From: a virus | Taxonomy: Duplodnaviria > Caudoviricetes | Virus record (IMG/VR): IMGVR_UViG_3300009031_000221 | Location: 384,001-448,000 of that record | Reading direction: 5' to 3' (one strand) | DNA: 64,000 bases | Shown here: positions 61,242-64,000 of the stretch, piece by piece | How the letters are laid out: each line of letters opens with the position of its first letter | Position numbering within the stretch: the stretch's first letter is position 1 | Position numbers and translations under genes: made by a program | The notes under the pieces: generated by a model | Seen by the model: only the letters and a program-made list of their open reading frames with translations | What the model was told of the DNA's origin: nothing | The model's database searches: none

Positions 61242-61268
61242 CTTACTTTCGCCCCTAGCAGCGTAGAT
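61242..61268 (+). promoter_or_regulatory. Conserved promoter motif + hairpin
   Basis: Exact; GGGCA-CGGATGA-TGCCC. Confidence 0.8.
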
Positions 61269-61306
61269 GTAATGCGGGCACGGATGATGCCCCGAAGGAA
61301 CCGGAC

Positions 61307-61537
61307 ATGGCATACCTTGATGAAGAGCGGTACGAGCGGGAAGTGGATCGCTGGGCGGGTTACGAACAGTTCGCCAATCCGGGTGGCAATTCCGCCCTCC
61401 GCAAGGCTACCCGTTCCAACCCCCGTATCCACCCTTGCCCGACCTGCAAGCAGCCGAATCGTCTGACGGCCAAGGACAAGGCACATGGCTATTGCTGTGA
61501 CCCGTGTGCGGATCGCACCGAACGAGGCGGCTACTAA
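61307..61537 (+). CDS. Small zinc-finger protein
   Basis: PCPTC...CCDPCAD. Confidence 0.65.
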   Translation: MAYLDEERYEREVDRWAGYEQFANPGGNSALRKATRSNPRIHPCPTCKQPNRLTAKDKAHGYCCDPCADRTERGGY

Positions 61538-61540
61538 TCT

Positions 61541-61942
61541 ATGTATGGTAAAGGATCCAAGATTATAGCGAAAACCTACATGAAAGCCCTGCGGGATCGT
61601 ACGGTTTGCGCTATATGTGGTCGGCAGCCTGTAGACTTTCACCATAAAGATCCCGACGCCAGTAAAGATAGATGGATAGCACACCTTACGGTCTTAGGGT
61701 TTCCAATCCCACGAATTGAAGCCGAACTAGCGGTATGTGAACCCCTTTGCCGCTCATGTCATATGAAACAGGATGGTAGATTAGCATTTCTGAACGCCAA
61801 CAAACCGTTTCCTAAAGGGGTGCAGTTACCTCCGAAGCCCTGTACGTCATGTGGTATCCCCGCCAAGCCCCTGCGTAAAGGGCTGTGTAATAAGTGCAAT
61901 CACCAAAAGCGTAGGGATAGCAAACGTAATGCTATCCTATAG
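61541..61942 (+). CDS. HNH-like endonuclease
   Basis: CAICG...DFHHKDP...LCRSCH. Confidence 0.7.
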   Translation: MYGKGSKIIAKTYMKALRDRTVCAICGRQPVDFHHKDPDASKDRWIAHLTVLGFPIPRIEAELAVCEPLCRSCHMKQDGRLAFLNANKPFPKGVQLPPKPCTSCGIPAKPLRKGLCNKCNHQKRRDSKRNAIL

Positions 61943-61969
61943 CTTACTTTCGGCTCTATCAGCGTAGAT
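61943..61969 (+). promoter_or_regulatory. Conserved promoter motif
   Basis: Exact. Confidence 0.8.
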
Positions 61970-62002
61970 GATACATGGGCACGATTCCCAAAGGAACCTA
62001 CG

Positions 62003-62221
62003 ATGAACACCTCCCTTATCACGTTGCCCCGAATCATCACCGTACCGGGTCGCTACGTCACGCGAATCGGTGAGACCGTCACCATTGGCATCATGGGGAA
62101 GCGTCGTTTCTACGGGGCGTGTGGGCACTATCCCAATGGCGTCCCGGAGAAGTGGGACGTGTCGGGACGCCTCCTGCCCTTTTCGTTGTCGGACAACGAT
62201 ATCGTTCGGGCGGCGAACTAG
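62003..62221 (+). CDS. Hypothetical protein
   Basis: AGGAACCTACG-ATG leader. Confidence 0.7.
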   Translation: MNTSLITLPRIITVPGRYVTRIGETVTIGIMGKRRFYGACGHYPNGVPEKWDVSGRLLPFSLSDNDIVRAAN

Positions 62222-62227
62222 GCATGA

Positions 62228-62254
62228 CTTACTTTTCGTTCTAGCCGCGTAGAT
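62228..62254 (+). promoter_or_regulatory. Conserved promoter motif + hairpin, drives PARP
   Basis: Exact; GGGCA-ACG-TGCCC. Confidence 0.8.
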
Positions 62255-62298
62255 ACCACATAGGGCAACGTGCCCTCCAAACGAGAGGAACAAAGAAC

Positions 62299-63855
62299 AT
62301 GGCACCGAATATCACCGAATCCGTTACCCTGAACTTCACGGATCTGACCGGCGACAAGACCGGTTGCACGACCCTGGGTTCGAACAAGTTCTGGAAGGGC
62401 TGGGTCGAAGACCTTGGCGGCGGACTGGCGAATTTTGAGTGCCGTTGGGGGCCGACTGGTACGCCCGGTTCGGACAAGGGTTCCGTGCGTGGCACGAGCC
62501 TGTCCTCCGCCTCCGAGCAACTCCGCAAGAAGGTTCGGGAGAAGGAGAACAAGGGCTACACCAAGCTCGAGACCCGCACGGACAACGAGGAAATGACGAA
62601 GGCGGCGGCAAAGGGCGTTGTCATCGCTGCCCTGCCCGCCACGACCACGAAGGTGGCGGCGGTCGCTCCCACCACGTTCCATCCCGAGGTTGGCCGTTTG
62701 CTGAGCACCATCTACGGATCAACGGCACAGACCGTCCGTGCGGGCTTGTCGGCACAGGCGGGTGCGACGGCGGACAACCCGATCGGCAACCTGTCGGATC
62801 GCCAACTGGATCTCGGCGGCGCCATCCTGGATGAGATTGCGGAGGAATTGCAGCGTACCTTCGGGCACGAAAGCGCCGCGAATCGCAGCACGTTGCTGCC
62901 GCTCTCCGGCGGCGTTCCCCGCAACGAAATCATCCAACTGACCAACCGCTTCATGTCCAACATCCCCCGCGAGATCGGGCGGGACATGCGGGGCCGTGAG
63001 AACCTTCACCGCCTCGTCCTGTCCAGCTATGAGCGCTTGGATGAGCAGCGGACGTTCCTTCAGTTGCTCCGTGACGCCCACTTGACCCAGGACGTGTTCA
63101 AGGCGGCGGGCGCTCAGGTCACGACCGGCGGCAAGGAACACGTTTGGTACGATGGCCTGAACTGCGACATCGACCTGTGTGATGTGGGAAGTGTCGATTT
63201 CAAGCGGGTTGCCGACATCTTCAACACGGCACAGTCCAAGAACAACGCCAATTGGTGGCGGAATGGCAAGCCCAGTGTCCGGGTGGCCCGTGTGTTCAAG
63301 TTCACCCGCAAGGGCACGAGCAGCCGGTTCGATACCTACGCTTCCAAGGTACTGTCCAAGCCCAATGCCGTGGGCAAGATCATGGCATTCCACGGCACAA
63401 GAACGGAAAATTTGCTGGGCATCGGCAAGTCCGGCCTCTTGATGCCGGAGAACTTGCCCCGTGGCGTGACGATTAGTGGCAAGGCCTTCGGGAAGGGGAT
63501 TTACCATGCTCCTGCCTGGAATGCGACGGGACACAAGATGATTGGGCGGCATAAGGTTGATGGTTTCAACGGGGCTTTCAAGTCGCTCAACTATACTTCG
63601 GCTCGCGGCGCCTACTACGGAGCGGGCAACACGTCCCCTTCCGCCTACATGTTCCTTCAGGAAGTCGCCCTTGGCTTGGCGGATGTCCACACGACGGCTT
63701 GCTGGGACAAGCATCGCCCCGATGGTTGGCCGATGAATGACTTCATCTTTGCCGCTGGCTCGGCCAACCAGGGCGGGTTCGTTCACGACGAACTGGTTAC
63801 GTTTGACCAGGATGCCCAGGTGTTCCGCTACTTGATGGAAATCGAGTGCATCTGA
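62299..63855 (+). CDS. WGR-domain PARP-like ADP-ribosyltransferase
   Basis: WGR-like NKFW...RWGPTG; regulatory-domain-like PIGNLSDRQL...LTNRFMSNIP; catalytic FHGT, GKGIYHA, HDEL. Confidence 0.88.
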   Translation: MAPNITESVTLNFTDLTGDKTGCTTLGSNKFWKGWVEDLGGGLANFECRWGPTGTPGSDKGSVRGTSLSSASEQLRKKVREKENKGYTKLETRTDNEEMTKAAAKGVVIAALPATTTKVAAVAPTTFHPEVGRLLSTIYGSTAQTVRAGLSAQAGATADNPIGNLSDRQLDLGGAILDEIAEELQRTFGHESAANRSTLLPLSGGVPRNEIIQLTNRFMSNIPREIGRDMRGRENLHRLVLSSYERLDEQRTFLQLLRDAHLTQDVFKAAGAQVTTGGKEHVWYDGLNCDIDLCDVGSVDFKRVADIFNTAQSKNNANWWRNGKPSVRVARVFKFTRKGTSSRFDTYASKVLSKPNAVGKIMAFHGTRTENLLGIGKSGLLMPENLPRGVTISGKAFGKGIYHAPAWNATGHKMIGRHKVDGFNGAFKSLNYTSARGAYYGAGNTSPSAYMFLQEVALGLADVHTTACWDKHRPDGWPMNDFIFAAGSANQGGFVHDELVTFDQDAQVFRYLMEIECI

Positions 63856-63998
63856 TAGGCGGCAATCTTGCGAACGTGATCTAGGAATTCTACTTCGGTA
63901 TGGTCACTCTTGGCATTGTTGCATGTCCAACAAGCAGGGTGACAATTCCCAGGAACGTATCCTTCGGAGCTACGAATCCGGTCAATTCCCGTATACCT
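63828..63998 (-). mobile_element. 3' end of an HNH endonuclease truncated by the window edge (not in ORF track)
   Basis: TGIDRIRSSEGYVPGNCHPACWTCNNAK...SIK*, similar to 54162..54938. Confidence 0.8.
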
Positions 63999-64000
63999 GA

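Noticed and set aside
48370-61292. Leader hairpins as definite CsrA/RsmA sites
   Set aside because: Only the GGA-containing copies fit CANGGANG; the commonest loop, CAGACGA, lacks GGA. Kept only as a hypothesis.
4270-62254. Integron attC-like or CRISPR reading of the dispersed repeat
   Set aside because: No inverted core/R-L box structure and no integrase or cas gene in the window. The bipartite fixed-spacer motif oriented toward an RBS fits a promoter better.
1-64000. Stop-codon reassignment suggested by the release factor
   Set aside because: TAG ends thioredoxin and EF-Ts at their natural C-termini, TGA ends coaE in an ATGA overlap, and TAA is also used; conserved genes are uninterrupted in code 11.
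1-64000. tRNA, tmRNA or rRNA genes
   Set aside because: No cloverleaf or T-loop pattern recognised in the short intergenic gaps; tRNAscan/ARAGORN would confirm.
1-64000. Bacterial chromosome origin suggested by tsf, coaE, trxA and ABC genes
   Set aside because: Those genes lack their usual neighbours (no rpsB or pyrH beside tsf) and are embedded among ORFans, homing endonucleases and a single private promoter class.

Overview
Most likely a 64 kb piece of a jumbo (huge) phage genome. It has densely packed small ORFans plus host-like metabolic and translation genes. I recognised no rRNA, tRNA or CRISPR array. There are no virion genes in the window either, so a large non-phage extrachromosomal element is not excluded. 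An OmpA domain and an SspB-like gene suggest a diderm, possibly myxobacterial, host (inference). Genes run on the minus strand from about 57.4 kb down to 0.2 kb and on the plus strand after a back-to-back promoter pair at 57468-57535. The organising signal is a non-sigma70 promoter-like motif, CTTACTT-N12-GCGTAGAT, found in at least 34 copies with an invariant 12-nt spacer. Many copies are followed by a leader hairpin whose stem co-varies around a C-R-R-A-Y-G-A loop, and then an AGGAAC-type RBS. The strongest candidates for new biology are: (1) a short class I release factor whose ORF needs a prfB-type +1 frameshift (CTT TGA C), has a hybrid SPT recognition loop, sits between two homing endonucleases, and has a displaced second copy of its 3' end; (2) an NAD-dependent DNA ligase split into two separately promoted genes; (3) the promoter-hairpin-RBS cassette system; (4) a WGR-PARP with the H-Y-E triad; (5) an ABC transporter operon with an OmpA-fused binding protein. 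All family assignments come from motif recognition by eye, not from database searches.
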